The notes under the pieces are model-generated. The model did no database searches. It was not told the DNA's origin and worked only from the letters and a program-made list of their open reading frames with translations. A DNA stretch of 64,000 nucleotides, taken from IMG/VR virus record IMGVR_UViG_3300033168_000001, positions 60 to 64,059 of that record; one strand, 5' to 3'. The DNA is from a virus. The translations under genes were made by a program, and so were the position numbers. Positions 35,150 through 45,532 of this stretch are shown here, in pieces (within the stretch, counting starts at the first letter, position 1; each line of letters opens with the position of its first letter).

Positions 35150-35665
35150 TTACGCGTCCTCCGTTCCCGTTCCGACAATCGTCCCGATGACCTTCACGGC
35201 GGCTTTCTGGCCCTCACGCGACGGGTCGAAGCCCTCCATCGCCCGCGCGATGAACGGATCGGCCTGGGTTCCTGGGTGGAACATGCCAGCGAAGCGCCCA
35301 CCGACGCCGAACGGCGGCTTGTAGCCAAACGCGCCGGGAATGTTGTGCGGCTGCGTCCCTGACGCCACGAGGTCGGCCAGAAAGTAGGTCTTGCCGCCGC
35401 CTGTGACCGTCTTGCTGTTGGTGACACTGATCGTCGCGCCCGTGGTCGTCACGGTGATGGGTGCGGGCCGGAACAGGTCGGCCATGTGCCCGCCGCCCGT
35501 GGTGGTCTTGCCACGCGGGGCGGCGTCTTTGAGGCGCGCGGCGGCTTGTTGCGCCAGGCGCGTGAGCATCGCGTCACGCTGCTGCGTGAGCGTCGCAGAG
35601 GCGCGGGCGATGCGGCCATCGAAGGCGCGCAGGCCACGCGCGTCGATGGTGAACACGTCAGCCAT
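35150..35665 (-). CDS. HK97 gp10-like neck protein
   Basis: LKDAAPRGKT.TG, SGTQPHNI, HPGTQADPFIARA. Confidence 0.7.
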   Translation of the reverse strand: MADVFTIDARGLRAFDGRIARASATLTQQRDAMLTRLAQQAAARLKDAAPRGKTTTGGGHMADLFRPAPITVTTTGATISVTNSKTVTGGGKTYFLADLVASGTQPHNIPGAFGYKPPFGVGGRFAGMFHPGTQADPFIARAMEGFDPSREGQKAAVKVIGTIVGTGTEDA

Positions 35666-35687
35666 CAGCGCACCTCGCTAACGATGA

Positions 35688-36065
35688 TTAGGCCGGCGTT
35701 GACGCCAGCCGTTGCGCGTAGATTTCGATGTGATCGCCCCACCACGGCGCGGCGCGCTTGATATGGTAGAGCGCCGGCGTATTGGTGATAAAGTCTGTTT
35801 CGTTGAGGTCTTGCAACTGGTCGCTATTGCGGATGTCCGGCAGTTTCGTGAACTGCGGGTTATCGTCCAGTGTGACGAAGATGTGATACCAGACGTACTT
35901 GGACGGATCGAGCACACCGGGCATACTCTGCACGTCCAACGGCGGGTCGGTGGTCGGCTGCACGTCGGCTACGACGCCTGTGTAGGCGACGGGCGCCGGG
36001 GCCGTCTGGTTGGGCTTGCGCGGCGTGGGGCGCAGGACGGTGAGCGTCGTCTGATCCGCATCCAT
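35688..36065 (-). CDS. Head closure protein
   Basis: Beta-rich; DIRNSDQL; position. Confidence 0.55.
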   Translation of the reverse strand: MDADQTTLTVLRPTPRKPNQTAPAPVAYTGVVADVQPTTDPPLDVQSMPGVLDPSKYVWYHIFVTLDDNPQFTKLPDIRNSDQLQDLNETDFITNTPALYHIKRAAPWWGDHIEIYAQRLASTPA

Positions 36066-36101
36066 CGACGCTCACCGTCCTCTCACGCTAGCCGGCACGA
36101 T

Positions 36102-36593
36102 TTAGGGCAACGCCAGATAGGCGCGCACGTAGGGCGAGCCGACCAGGATGGGATCAATCTCGTCGGGTTGATCCACCAGGTAGGGCGTGATCGGCGCAAT
36201 GGCCGTGATCATGCCGGTCGCCGCGGCCTGGGCGCTCTCGACGCGTACAATCTCAGCCGTGACTTCGGTACGCATCGCCCGTAAGTGCGCGGTCTCTTGA
36301 TCGCGCTTGACGATGCGCGCGCCCGTCGTGGTATCGACCTGCATCCGCACGGAAGCGAGCGCGATGTCGATAAACGTCCGCTTGGTGTAGAGCCTGAGCA
36401 AGCGCGGGTCTACGGCGCCCTGCGCCTGGTACTGTGTCCAGACGCGATTCGCGTTCGCCTGTAGCAGCAAGGTGGGCGTATCGCCCACCTCCGCGATCAG
36501 GAGCGCGAGCTCGTCTGAGGGCGCTTCCATGATCGGCGGCCCTGGCACATACGGCGCGGGTACGAGTGGCGCGTCGCCATTCCAGTTACTCAT
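36102..36593 (-). CDS. Head-tail adaptor
   Basis: Helical protein downstream of the capsid gene. Confidence 0.5.
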   Translation of the reverse strand: MSNWNGDAPLVPAPYVPGPPIMEAPSDELALLIAEVGDTPTLLLQANANRVWTQYQAQGAVDPRLLRLYTKRTFIDIALASVRMQVDTTTGARIVKRDQETAHLRAMRTEVTAEIVRVESAQAAATGMITAIAPITPYLVDQPDEIDPILVGSPYVRAYLALP

Positions 36594-36612
36594 AGCTCAC
36601 CTCTCGGATTGA

Positions 36613-36972
36613 CTAATGAGTTGGCCCGGCGAGGGACGGGCCGGACGGCGCGGCATCAACCGCCGCCTGGGCCGTGGCCTGTGCATCGGCGGCGGCCTGC
36701 TGCGCCTGCGCGGCGGTCTCGGTCGCCGCCTGTTGGGCCGCTTTCAAGGACGCGATCTGCGCCTTGTGCTTGGCTTGCTGATCGAGCAACTTGTCGATTT
36801 GGGCCTGGATTTGATCCTCGTCGTTAGATTCGACAGACAGATCGGCTTCACTCGGCAGCGCATCGACACGGGTATAAAGCACGCCTTTATGCAAGACGCT
36901 GCCGCCGTTCTGGATGACCTGAGCCATCTCTTCGTGAGACATGGTATCGCTAGCCACGCTTAATCCTTTCAT
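36613..36972 (-). CDS. Capsid-adjacent small protein
   Basis: Directly after the capsid gene; coiled coil. Confidence 0.5.
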   Translation of the reverse strand: MKGLSVASDTMSHEEMAQVIQNGGSVLHKGVLYTRVDALPSEADLSVESNDEDQIQAQIDKLLDQQAKHKAQIASLKAAQQAATETAAQAQQAAADAQATAQAAVDAAPSGPSLAGPTH

Positions 36973-37002
36973 GAGTTGTTCCCTCCGCAGGGCAATGATG
37001 CA

Positions 37003-37033
37003 CCGACGTCACGCTTTGGTAGCGTGACGTCGG
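37003..37033. terminator. 13-bp perfect hairpin after the capsid gene (terminator or mRNA stabiliser)
   Basis: CCGACGTCACGCT-TTGGT-AGCGTGACGTCGG. Confidence 0.5.
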
Positions 37034-37055
37034 CGGCGCTCACACTCCCTCTAGA

Positions 37056-38195
37056 TTAGAAGGGATTAGTATACGGTATAGGATCTACGAACGTCCCGAC
37101 TGACAAGACAGCTGTCGCTTGTAGTCTATGCTTACGTGGAAACCCACGAGACACTCCCCAGTACGTGACTCCAGGTGGATTCAGGTTCGCATCGTTCGCC
37201 GTGGCGTAGGCGATAGGCCCACGCTGCGGGCCGGCGAAGTCGCCGATGATGTTGTTCGGCACCATCGAGGCGACGAGAGTCTCGGTACAAATGCCCGATG
37301 CGAAGTCCATGACCTCGGGGTTATTGTCGTCCTGGCTGTCCGACAAGATCACCTTGTTAATGGGCAGGCCGGGCAAGTTGCTGAAGGTGCCGTCGGGCGC
37401 CTGCGACCAGAAGCGCTCGTCGTAGAGTTCGAGTTGCATCCCCAGGACACTCCGCGCGAGGTTCTTCATAGTCTCGGTGTCTTGCAGCGGCAGGACCGTT
37501 GAGGGCGCGCCAATCGGCAGAATCCAGCGCACTTTGTTTTGGAACTCGGTCGTGCCGATCATGTAAATGAACGCGGCGGTGCTCATGGTGATGCGGTCGT
37601 ACTGCTCCCCATAGCGCACCGAGGCGTAGCGCCGCGTGGTCAGGATGTCATTGACCGGGGTCGCCGTCGTCTGATCCCACGTCGTCGTTGGCGTCACTTT
37701 GAGGTCGGCGGGCATACCCCACGTCGCCCCGTTCAACACAAGGCCGAGGCGATTGTAGTTGAGGGCGTCGAGTTGCATGGCGATAATCAGAATCTCCATG
37801 CGCTGCCGGATGCCCAACAGCAGGGTATTGATCGTGCGGTTCTCCATCGCGGAGAAGATGCCGCCGTCGTTCTGGATGCCACCGTTGGCGTTGATCGACT
37901 GCAACTGATTGAGCATGGCCTGTGTCATCGACATACCCAGTTTGATATTGGGGATGTTGGTCGACTCGTAGGACAGTTTGCCACTGCTGTAGGTGACAGC
38001 GCGCTCGTCATCGGCGATCAGGTCGGCGACCTGGATGTAGCCAATGAAACGGGCCATAATCTCGGCGTCCACCGCCGGCGTAACGGGCGTGCGATTGAGG
38101 AACACGAGACGCCCTGGCAGCGTTCGTATATCTTGAAGCGCCTGGATTATGCTATTAATCCGCGCCACCTGAAGGATCTGATAACCAACGGCCAT
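37056..38195 (-). CDS. Major capsid protein (phage cap E-like)
   Basis: 379 aa; after decoration and protease genes; IPNIKLG, WGMPADLKV..TWD, LELYDER. Confidence 0.8.
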   Translation of the reverse strand: MAVGYQILQVARINSIIQALQDIRTLPGRLVFLNRTPVTPAVDAEIMARFIGYIQVADLIADDERAVTYSSGKLSYESTNIPNIKLGMSMTQAMLNQLQSINANGGIQNDGGIFSAMENRTINTLLLGIRQRMEILIIAMQLDALNYNRLGLVLNGATWGMPADLKVTPTTTWDQTTATPVNDILTTRRYASVRYGEQYDRITMSTAAFIYMIGTTEFQNKVRWILPIGAPSTVLPLQDTETMKNLARSVLGMQLELYDERFWSQAPDGTFSNLPGLPINKVILSDSQDDNNPEVMDFASGICTETLVASMVPNNIIGDFAGPQRGPIAYATANDANLNPPGVTYWGVSRGFPRKHRLQATAVLSVGTFVDPIPYTNPF

Positions 38196-38217
38196 AGGGT
38201 GAGCCCTCCTTTAGAGG

Positions 38218-38895
38218 TTAAAGGTCCGCGTAGTCGAGGCGCGGCATGGCCGCTTCCACCTGAGCGAAGGTCGGCTGGCCGGCAGCGCCAGCCAGGATGC
38301 GCGCGTGCCACACGCGCCCACCCGTCAGCACGCCGGGATGATCGGACGCGACGGCCACGAGCTGATCGTAGCCACTCTGCAAGACGGTCTCATTGAGGAT
38401 GACCGTCGTGCCGCGCGCCAGCGCCTGCCGACCATCGGTCGGACTCGCCACGGCCACGCCCAGGGCGTGCGCCTGCGTGGTCGGCGCGACCGTCGTGACG
38501 GTGTTGCCGTTGACCGCCGAGACCTGTACGGTCTCTTGTGTCGCGCCGGTATCGACCAGCAGCGCCTCGCCGGGCACGATACCCACGCCCGAGGACACCG
38601 GCAGCGTCTGCGTGCCGACCGTGGTCGCGGCCGTCAAGGTGACGCCCGTCACGGCGGCGATAGCGGGGCCATACAAGCCGCTGGCCATGATTTCAGCCAG
38701 GACCGTGCCGTAGCGTAGGCCCTTCTGGCCGCTCTTGATGATCGCGCCATCGGTGAGCGTTGTATCACCGACAACGGGCGCGACCGTGGTCCAGTCGAGG
38801 GTGATGCCGCCCGTCTTCCACTCGGGATGGCTATCGGCCGCGACCTGGACCGGCTGCCCAGACGTTGTTAAAGCTTGCCTGCCAAATGAAGCCAT
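38218..38895 (-). CDS. Head decoration protein
   Basis: GGITLDW..V, IKSGQKGLRYGTVLAEIMASGLYGP, with an inserted beta domain. Confidence 0.65.
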   Translation of the reverse strand: MASFGRQALTTSGQPVQVAADSHPEWKTGGITLDWTTVAPVVGDTTLTDGAIIKSGQKGLRYGTVLAEIMASGLYGPAIAAVTGVTLTAATTVGTQTLPVSSGVGIVPGEALLVDTGATQETVQVSAVNGNTVTTVAPTTQAHALGVAVASPTDGRQALARGTTVILNETVLQSGYDQLVAVASDHPGVLTGGRVWHARILAGAAGQPTFAQVEAAMPRLDYADL

Positions 38896-38898
38896 GGT

Positions 38899-40407
38899 TT
38901 ACTTACCTCCCTTAGCGGCGCGGGCGTTCGCCTCGGCCTTGTTCATTTGTTCAGCGTAGGCTTTCGCGGTGGCGACGGCCTGAGCGATGGTGTCATCGTC
39001 GGGTGTGCCCATGACGGCCGACGCCGGTAACACGCCGTGCTTATCCTCGATAAGCTCACGGGTGAGGGGATGCGCCTTGCCCGCCGTCAAGGTGGCTTCG
39101 AGCCGTGCGACGCGTGTTGGTTGACCATCGGCCACGGGACGCGCGACGTCATCCTCGGCGGCCAGCGTGAAGTCGGACGTCAGGCCAGCGCGCGCCGCTG
39201 GCAATGCCTTGTGCGCGCTGATAACGCGCTCCACAGCCGCGCTCACGGTCGCCGCGCGCTCGGCATCGGCGCGGACGTGAGCCTGCGCCTCGTAGGCCGT
39301 AATTTTCGCCTCGGCTTCCTCGGCGCGACGCTGCGCGGCCAGGAACTCCGCGCTTGACGTATACGGTGGCGGCGGCGGCGGTGCGTCATCGGTAGCGCCC
39401 ATACCGGCGAAATCGACACCAGCTTCTTTCGCGCCCGTGAAGAGGTGGCGGAAGAACTCTTTTCCGTCCATGCGTGTACTCCCTTGCTTCTGAGTGCTAT
39501 TGTTGTCTAACGCGGCACGCCTCAGCGGAGGCAGGGCCGCTTGTTTGCCGAGCCAACCCGGCGGCTTGATCTGCCTTGCCTGGATCGTCGCCATGGTTGC
39601 GCTCATGACGCCCTCGTAGCTGCCGATGCGATCGGCTAGGCCCGCATCCACCGCCGCTTGTCCGAGGAATACGCCGCCCTGTCCGAAGTCGGAGAGGACC
39701 GTCGCCTTAGGGACGTTCCGGTTGCGCGCCACCGCTGCCACGAACACATCCATGCAGGTGTCGATGAGCGCCTGTATCTGTGTGCGTCCGTAGGTGGTGG
39801 TCGGGTCCATGCGCTTGTCGGGACTCTGGGAACTGACAAACTCGATCGAGGCCCGGCTACCACCACCCCTGTCGGGTGGACGCGCGGTGGCAATGACGCC
39901 GATACTGCCCACGGTGGCCGTTGGCGCGACGATCACCTCATCGGCGGCGCTGGCGATCCAGTAGGCCGCCGACGCGCCCATGTCGCTGATGTAGGAGGTA
40001 ATGGGCTTCTGGCCGCGCGCCGCGTACACCATGTCGGCGAACTCGGCTGTCCCGTTGACCTCACCGCCTGGACTGTCGATCGCCAAGACGATAGCCTGAA
40101 TCGTGGGGTCGTCGAGCGCCGTGCGCAGATCAGTCGCCAGCGCGTCGATGGACGTGGCCCCGCTGATCTGGCTGAACATGTCGCCGTGGCGGAACAATGG
40201 CCCCTCGATCGGAATTGTCGCCACGCCGTCGCGCACCGTCACGACGTGGGTGTTGTCAAGCGGGCGTCCCAGCTTGGCGGCCACGGCTTCGAGTGAGGCC
40301 AGGTCTCCCTTGTCCATGTGCTCGCGGGCCGCGATGCTCATGATCATTTCTAAGGCCGATTGGGTGATCGCCCATGGAGCGTTCGCCGCCAGATCAAACG
40401 CTCTCAT
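38899..40407 (-). CDS. S49 (SppA/ClpP-like) prohead protease fused to scaffold
   Basis: IVLAIDSPGGEVNG, MGASAAYWIAS, GSIGV, GLADRIGS; helical C-terminal scaffold. Confidence 0.9.
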   Translation of the reverse strand: MRAFDLAANAPWAITQSALEMIMSIAAREHMDKGDLASLEAVAAKLGRPLDNTHVVTVRDGVATIPIEGPLFRHGDMFSQISGATSIDALATDLRTALDDPTIQAIVLAIDSPGGEVNGTAEFADMVYAARGQKPITSYISDMGASAAYWIASAADEVIVAPTATVGSIGVIATARPPDRGGGSRASIEFVSSQSPDKRMDPTTTYGRTQIQALIDTCMDVFVAAVARNRNVPKATVLSDFGQGGVFLGQAAVDAGLADRIGSYEGVMSATMATIQARQIKPPGWLGKQAALPPLRRAALDNNSTQKQGSTRMDGKEFFRHLFTGAKEAGVDFAGMGATDDAPPPPPPYTSSAEFLAAQRRAEEAEAKITAYEAQAHVRADAERAATVSAAVERVISAHKALPAARAGLTSDFTLAAEDDVARPVADGQPTRVARLEATLTAGKAHPLTRELIEDKHGVLPASAVMGTPDDDTIAQAVATAKAYAEQMNKAEANARAAKGGK

Positions 40408-41939
40408 GGTTCACCGTCCTTCGTCTTATCATCCTGATCAGGCGTTTTGTCGCCACTGCCACCAGGCGGCAACATAACCGGCGGTGGTGGCGGTGGCGCG
40501 ATGACGGCGTGTGACTTCGCCTCGATCTCAGCCGGATCAGCTTCCGGCAGTTGATACTTCCGACTGATGCCGGGAAACTGCGACGGCTGCACCGTGTACC
40601 CCGCCTTCGCCAGGGCCACCATGTCGTCCGCGAAGTTCTGCGGCTCACTCTGTCCAAGCGAGAAGCGCGGTGTCAACGGTATCGCGGCGTCGCCGAAGTT
40701 GTAGCGCACCCACGGCCGCGCCACGTCATTCCTGAGCATCTTGGGGATCATCATCTTGGCGTGAGCGATAATATCATCCTGCGTATGCTCATGGACGGAC
40801 GTCGCCGCCAGGCTATGCGCGCTTGTTTGCGCGCCCTGGGCTAGCGTCTGATTGAGCACGGCGACGCTCATTTGCGCGTCGAACAGGCCAAACGCCGCCA
40901 GGAAGTTGTCGCCGCCGCTCGGGTTGAACAGCGTTTCAACGCGGTCGTCTTTCGTAAAGGCCAGGGCCGCGCCTCCGTGATGGGCTTTGAGGCCATTGAG
41001 CATGGCCTGTTGCGCCGGAACAAGATTGTTCTCCCCGTCGTAGACCAGCCCCGATGACGTGTCCGCGAATCCAATGGGCACGGGTGAGGCGTGCTGCGTC
41101 AAGAACTTGCGGTACTCAGTCCACATCTCGACTTTTAGCGTCCACGGCGTATAGGCCGGTCGTAAGATCGACGTACCACGCGGGTCAGAGTCAGCCATGC
41201 GCCACGACAAGACGACGAACTTCTCACGCGGGAAGAGATTGTCCTGTGTCTCAGGATCGTTGATGATCGCGCCCCAGCCAACCAGCGAGGCGCTGTCACC
41301 CGGTATGAGTCCGAGCAGGCCGACGACGTTGCGATAGCTATCAACGACGAAGGCGGTGGAGCGGCGCGGTTTGACTTTGATACTCGTCAGGACGAGGCCA
41401 GCGAATCCGTTCACGTCGCCATCGTCGTAGACCTGCTCGGCGACCTTGTTCCCGTAGGCCAGCGCGTCCATCATGTTCCACAGCACCTCGTCAAGCGAGG
41501 GGGTGAGATCATCCAGCATCTTGTCGCAGGCCGTGGCGATCTCGACGGCGCGGGCGTAGCCGTCCGCGTCCTTGTCGTCGATGGCTGGCACAACGTTCAC
41601 GCCGCCGTTGAGCGTGCCGCTCTTGACGATGTTGAGGCAGGCGGCGATCATCGGGTCACGCGCCATGCGGTCGTAGAGATCGTCGCCAAAGACAATCGTG
41701 ATGTCATCGACGGCCCACGACAGCGCCTGCAGGTAGTTGGTCAACCACAACGCGCCGCCGGCGACGTACTCCTTCGTCGGGTCGGCCGTAATCGTCACGT
41801 CATGCGTCGGCGTCGGCTCACCGGGCAGCGGCGCGATCAGCGGATCAGGCGCGGCGACGGTATCGCTGACCTGCCTCGACGATGAGGAGGACGATGAGCC
41901 GCGCGCGGCCACGGCAGTACTGGTACGGTGATCAGCCAT
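40404..41939 (-). CDS. Portal protein (DUF935 / Mu gp29-like)
   Basis: DLYDRMARDPMIAACL, ALAYGNKVAEQVY, RGTSILRPAY.W.LK, HSLA..SVH. Confidence 0.85.
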   Translation of the reverse strand: MADHRTSTAVAARGSSSSSSSRQVSDTVAAPDPLIAPLPGEPTPTHDVTITADPTKEYVAGGALWLTNYLQALSWAVDDITIVFGDDLYDRMARDPMIAACLNIVKSGTLNGGVNVVPAIDDKDADGYARAVEIATACDKMLDDLTPSLDEVLWNMMDALAYGNKVAEQVYDDGDVNGFAGLVLTSIKVKPRRSTAFVVDSYRNVVGLLGLIPGDSASLVGWGAIINDPETQDNLFPREKFVVLSWRMADSDPRGTSILRPAYTPWTLKVEMWTEYRKFLTQHASPVPIGFADTSSGLVYDGENNLVPAQQAMLNGLKAHHGGAALAFTKDDRVETLFNPSGGDNFLAAFGLFDAQMSVAVLNQTLAQGAQTSAHSLAATSVHEHTQDDIIAHAKMMIPKMLRNDVARPWVRYNFGDAAIPLTPRFSLGQSEPQNFADDMVALAKAGYTVQPSQFPGISRKYQLPEADPAEIEAKSHAVIAPPPPPPVMLPPGGSGDKTPDQDDKTKDGEP

Positions 41940-41971
41940 AAGGTGTGATCCCCTCTCAGTACGTGTCGTGT

Positions 41972-42196
41972 TTAGTAGTGGCCGCCCGTGGCATTCAGCA
42001 CAATGACGTTTTCGCCCAATGGATCAACAGCGATCTTGATGTCGACTTTCGCGCCGGGATACAAGCCGAGGATGTCCATAAGTGTGTCAGGGAGGGCGAT
42101 CTGTTTGTCAGGCGAGCACGCTGTGATGTAGGCATCGGTGTCGATGCGCGTGGGCGAGCGGCGATAGTAGCCGCGTGGTAGAGGGTCAGGGACCAT
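41972..42196 (-). CDS. Small AbrB/SpoVT-like protein
   Basis: KQIALPDTLMDILGLYPGAKVDI resembles the AbrB swapped hairpin. Confidence 0.5.
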   Translation of the reverse strand: MVPDPLPRGYYRRSPTRIDTDAYITACSPDKQIALPDTLMDILGLYPGAKVDIKIAVDPLGENVIVLNATGGHY

Positions 42197-42218
42197 CGCG
42201 CCACCGCCTTAACCGTGG

Positions 42219-43709
42219 TTAGTACGCGGGCACAGTGCCCCAGTCGTCGCGCTCCGGGCCAATGGCGGGACCGCTGTTCGTCGGCATGGCGGCGATCTTG
42301 TTGAACGCTCCGCTTGTGCCGTCCACATCATCGTCATGTGCCCCGGTCGGAAACGCACACATGACCGCCAGGTAGGGGCCATTCCACGGCGCTTCGAGCA
42401 TCCGTACATTGCCCGCGCGTAGCTGGCTGGACGCAGGCTCGGCACGTTCGATCTTGTCGCGGTGAACCGGATCGGCCTGTACGTTGTGGCCAGCCAACAG
42501 CCGGACCACGGCGTCGGTGCTCTCTTTGCCAAGACCAGGCGGCTGCTCAATCCAGGTCTTGACATGGGGGTAACGCAGTCGGTCGGTCTTGGCTGTTTCG
42601 ACGATAACCTTGTTCCGTTCATCGCTTGGCCACTGGCCGCGCACCACGTCGAGTATCCAATAGTAGTTATCACTGGTGCGGCCCATCAGCACACCAACGG
42701 TCCAGTCGCCCTTACCAGGCATGGCGCCCGCTTTGTCCCAATAGCGCACGATAGCGGCGAAGTGCGCGGGCGCGGCTGGCTCTTTGCGAAACCATCCAAC
42801 CTGAAACATGCCGCCGATGCGCGGGGAGGGCTGCTGCTGCATCTGGCCGGCATAGCCGTATGGCCCTAGCATCCGTTTGAAGGCCGCGATCTCATCGGGG
42901 CCAACGCGTTCCGGCCACAACAAGTCGCCCTCTTCGGCGCGCGGATCAATAAAGCCGAGCGACGTCACGCGCGTGGTCGGCTCGTACTCAGCGGGCAAAC
43001 ACAGGTGCTCGTAGCCGCCTTGTGCAAGCGCGTGTCCGGTGAGGTCGCGCTCGTGCAGGCGCTGCATCACGATCACGCGCGCGCCGGTCTTGGGATCGTT
43101 CAGACGCGTGGACATAGCTTCATCCCACCACGTCAGCACCTTCTCGCGTTCAATATCCGACTCAACCTCAAGCATATTATGAGGGTCATCGACCACGACG
43201 CGATCGCCGCCCTCGCCCGTGACCGCGCCGCCCACTGAGGTCGCCAGCCGATAGCCCGTCTTGTCATTCTCAAACTTGATCTTGGCGTTCTGGTCGTCTG
43301 TCAGCCGGAAGACGTGCCCATAGCGCACTTGATACCACGGGCTCTCGATGATGCGCCGGCACTTGAGCGAGTCACGGATAGAGAGGCTATTGGCATAAGA
43401 GGCGAACAGCCAGCGCCGCGCAGGATACTGTGTCCATTCCCAGCAGGGCCAGAACACGGCGACTAACAGAGACTTGGCGTGACGCGGCGGGATGTTGATG
43501 ATGAGGTTGCGAATGTGGCCGGCGCTGACCGCTTCGAGGTGCTGCGCGATGGCCTGCAAGTGCCAGCCATCCACGAACGGCACGCCCGGCTCCACGATGG
43601 GCCACGCCTGACGCATGAACTCATAGAGTGACTGCCGCGCGAGCTCAATATCAATCGCCTGACGCGACGACGGCTTTGCTAGCCAACTGTTGAAGAGCAC
43701 GGAGTTCAT
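42219..43709 (-). CDS. Terminase large subunit
   Basis: LIINIPPRHAKS, VVVDDPHN, VIVMQRLHERD; nuclease domain YWDKA and HDDDVDGTSGAF. Confidence 0.92.
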   Translation of the reverse strand: MNSVLFNSWLAKPSSRQAIDIELARQSLYEFMRQAWPIVEPGVPFVDGWHLQAIAQHLEAVSAGHIRNLIINIPPRHAKSLLVAVFWPCWEWTQYPARRWLFASYANSLSIRDSLKCRRIIESPWYQVRYGHVFRLTDDQNAKIKFENDKTGYRLATSVGGAVTGEGGDRVVVDDPHNMLEVESDIEREKVLTWWDEAMSTRLNDPKTGARVIVMQRLHERDLTGHALAQGGYEHLCLPAEYEPTTRVTSLGFIDPRAEEGDLLWPERVGPDEIAAFKRMLGPYGYAGQMQQQPSPRIGGMFQVGWFRKEPAAPAHFAAIVRYWDKAGAMPGKGDWTVGVLMGRTSDNYYWILDVVRGQWPSDERNKVIVETAKTDRLRYPHVKTWIEQPPGLGKESTDAVVRLLAGHNVQADPVHRDKIERAEPASSQLRAGNVRMLEAPWNGPYLAVMCAFPTGAHDDDVDGTSGAFNKIAAMPTNSGPAIGPERDDWGTVPAY

Positions 43710-44223
43710 CAACGGAGAGGCGCTTGAGGTCGATGGGCTCATAGGCCGCCTCTCCCGTGGGGTTCGTCGGGGCCAACTTCTCGACCCACTGCCCCATCTC
43801 TTGCGCCGCTTGCTTCTCGGCTTGCCGCATCTCACTCATCAGCGCGGAGTCGAACGCCCACTCGCTGCCAAACTCGCCCGGCTTCTCGACCACCAGGCCC
43901 GTTTCACCGTGCGGCCCCGCCTCAGCATGGATCGTCGCGCGTGCGTCAATGAGGTCTTGCATCCGGCGCCAGCGGTCATTCAAGGCCGTCAACCGCCGTG
44001 CCCGTTGCGTGATCGCCAACCGGCCAATCGTTGACGCGTAGCTCGTGTTGATCGCATCGACGCGGGCCTGAAACTCAGGCGTATTCTTCCAGCGAAAAAG
44101 GGTGGTACGCGTCGTGCCGACCGTCTCGCATATTTTGTCATCCGTCAGCCGATCATCGGCCACGAGCTGCGCTGTGTGCTCGCGTTGCGCCGTCCACGTG
44201 AAAAGCGAGGTGGTTTGTGCCAT
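43651..44223 (-). CDS. Terminase small subunit (phBC6A51-like HTH)
   Basis: LVADDRLTDDKICETVGTTRTTLFRWKNTPEFQARVD; upstream of terL. Confidence 0.75.
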   Translation of the reverse strand: MAQTTSLFTWTAQREHTAQLVADDRLTDDKICETVGTTRTTLFRWKNTPEFQARVDAINTSYASTIGRLAITQRARRLTALNDRWRRMQDLIDARATIHAEAGPHGETGLVVEKPGEFGSEWAFDSALMSEMRQAEKQAAQEMGQWVEKLAPTNPTGEAAYEPIDLKRLSVDELRALQQLASKAVVASGD

Positions 44224-44242
44224 TTTATGCCTCACCTCTGGC

Positions 44243-44476
44243 CTACGATCCCTCGCCGATGTGCCCCGACTCAACCATCCAGCGCCAGAACCGCAATCGC
44301 GCCAAATCGTCGCCGTCGAACACGCGATGATACAGCACCTGATAGGGATGCACGTTAGCCCAGCACTCACAGGCCGCCTTGATCCGTTCCACCTCGACGG
44401 GCGAGGGCGGCGCGGGCTTCGGCCCCAACGCGCGTAGCGTCAACGCCGCCGGCTGTGGCCAGGAATAATCAACCAT
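44243..44476 (-). CDS. Small hypothetical protein, first late gene
   Basis: RBS AGGTGAGG; operon position. Confidence 0.5.
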   Translation of the reverse strand: MVDYSWPQPAALTLRALGPKPAPPSPVEVERIKAACECWANVHPYQVLYHRVFDGDDLARLRFWRWMVESGHIGEGS

Positions 44477-44873
44477 CGCCCTCACCTATCGCGGAACGTG
44501 GGGAAGAATGTGTGAGCCGCCATGAGCATCAACCGCGCCGCACGGAGACCCAGCGCGGGACGGCCCCATAGCCCTGGAGGCTGACCACGGAGCGGCGGCC
44601 AGTGTCGGTCGTCAGAAACAAGAAGGGGCCTGCTGGCACGCTGGCCGGGGCTGGCCGCTAGGCCCGTGTTGGCGGTAGCCAACCGCTGTTCACGTGAACA
44701 GACCCTCCCCCACCTCGTACTCTCTATGAGAGGCAAGTTGGGGGAGTTTATTATTATGTCTCGTTGAAGAGACAGTGATACCTGCTGCTACTTTACAGCA
44801 TAATAAGGGAGGCTGTAAAGCCCTTTAAGCCCCTAAAGCACGTATAAGGGGAAATGGCCTTACATGAGGGCTA

Positions 44874-45470
44874 TCAACACGCCTCGTGCTCCTCAGGCGC
44901 TCTCAGGGCATCTAGCTCAGGATCATCGCCTATCTGCTGCTCTTTCAGGCCCTCGTACAGGCGTTTGACCTGCGCCTTGGCAAAGCGGATATAGTCGCCG
45001 GCGGTGGTCTGGTGGCAATGCAGTTCCTCGCCTATTTCCGTTTGGGTCTTGGGCTTCACGTCGTCGTCGAGCGGGTACGCCAAGTCAAGCGCCCTGGCCT
45101 CCGTTGGGTACAGATAGGCCAGGAGCTTGTAGGCTTTGTAGAGCGTGAAGCCGTCCACCTTGCGCAGCAGCGCCGCTTTGACATCGACGTTGTAGACGTG
45201 TGAGCCCTCGTGCTGCTGTTCTGTCAGCGCCTGAAAGTTCACCTCGGAGCGCTCACTGTTCTTCCAACGGTCGCCCAGTTCCGTCGCCTCACCGCGCCGG
45301 ATGGCACGGCGGCGCACCTGCTCTTTCTGATGCGCCGCTTCCCGCTGCCAGCGTTGGTGATACGCCGCCTCTAAAGCGCGCTCTCGGGCGCTTTCCTGTG
45401 CCGTCTTAGGCGTGGGTGGCACGGGGGGCGGCGTCGATGTCGCAGGCTGATCTTTTCTGTTTGAGGCCAT
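44874..45470 (-). CDS. Late transcription regulator with sigma r4-like HTH
   Basis: KTQTEIGEELHCHQTTAGDYIRFAKAQVK; last gene before the terminase leader. Confidence 0.6.
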   Translation of the reverse strand: MASNRKDQPATSTPPPVPPTPKTAQESARERALEAAYHQRWQREAAHQKEQVRRRAIRRGEATELGDRWKNSERSEVNFQALTEQQHEGSHVYNVDVKAALLRKVDGFTLYKAYKLLAYLYPTEARALDLAYPLDDDVKPKTQTEIGEELHCHQTTAGDYIRFAKAQVKRLYEGLKEQQIGDDPELDALRAPEEHEAC

Positions 45471-45532
45471 CTTGTCTATGATCTCCTTCTCGTCGTCGTC
45501 GCCCACGCGGAGGCCGTCGCCCACCGTGGAGA

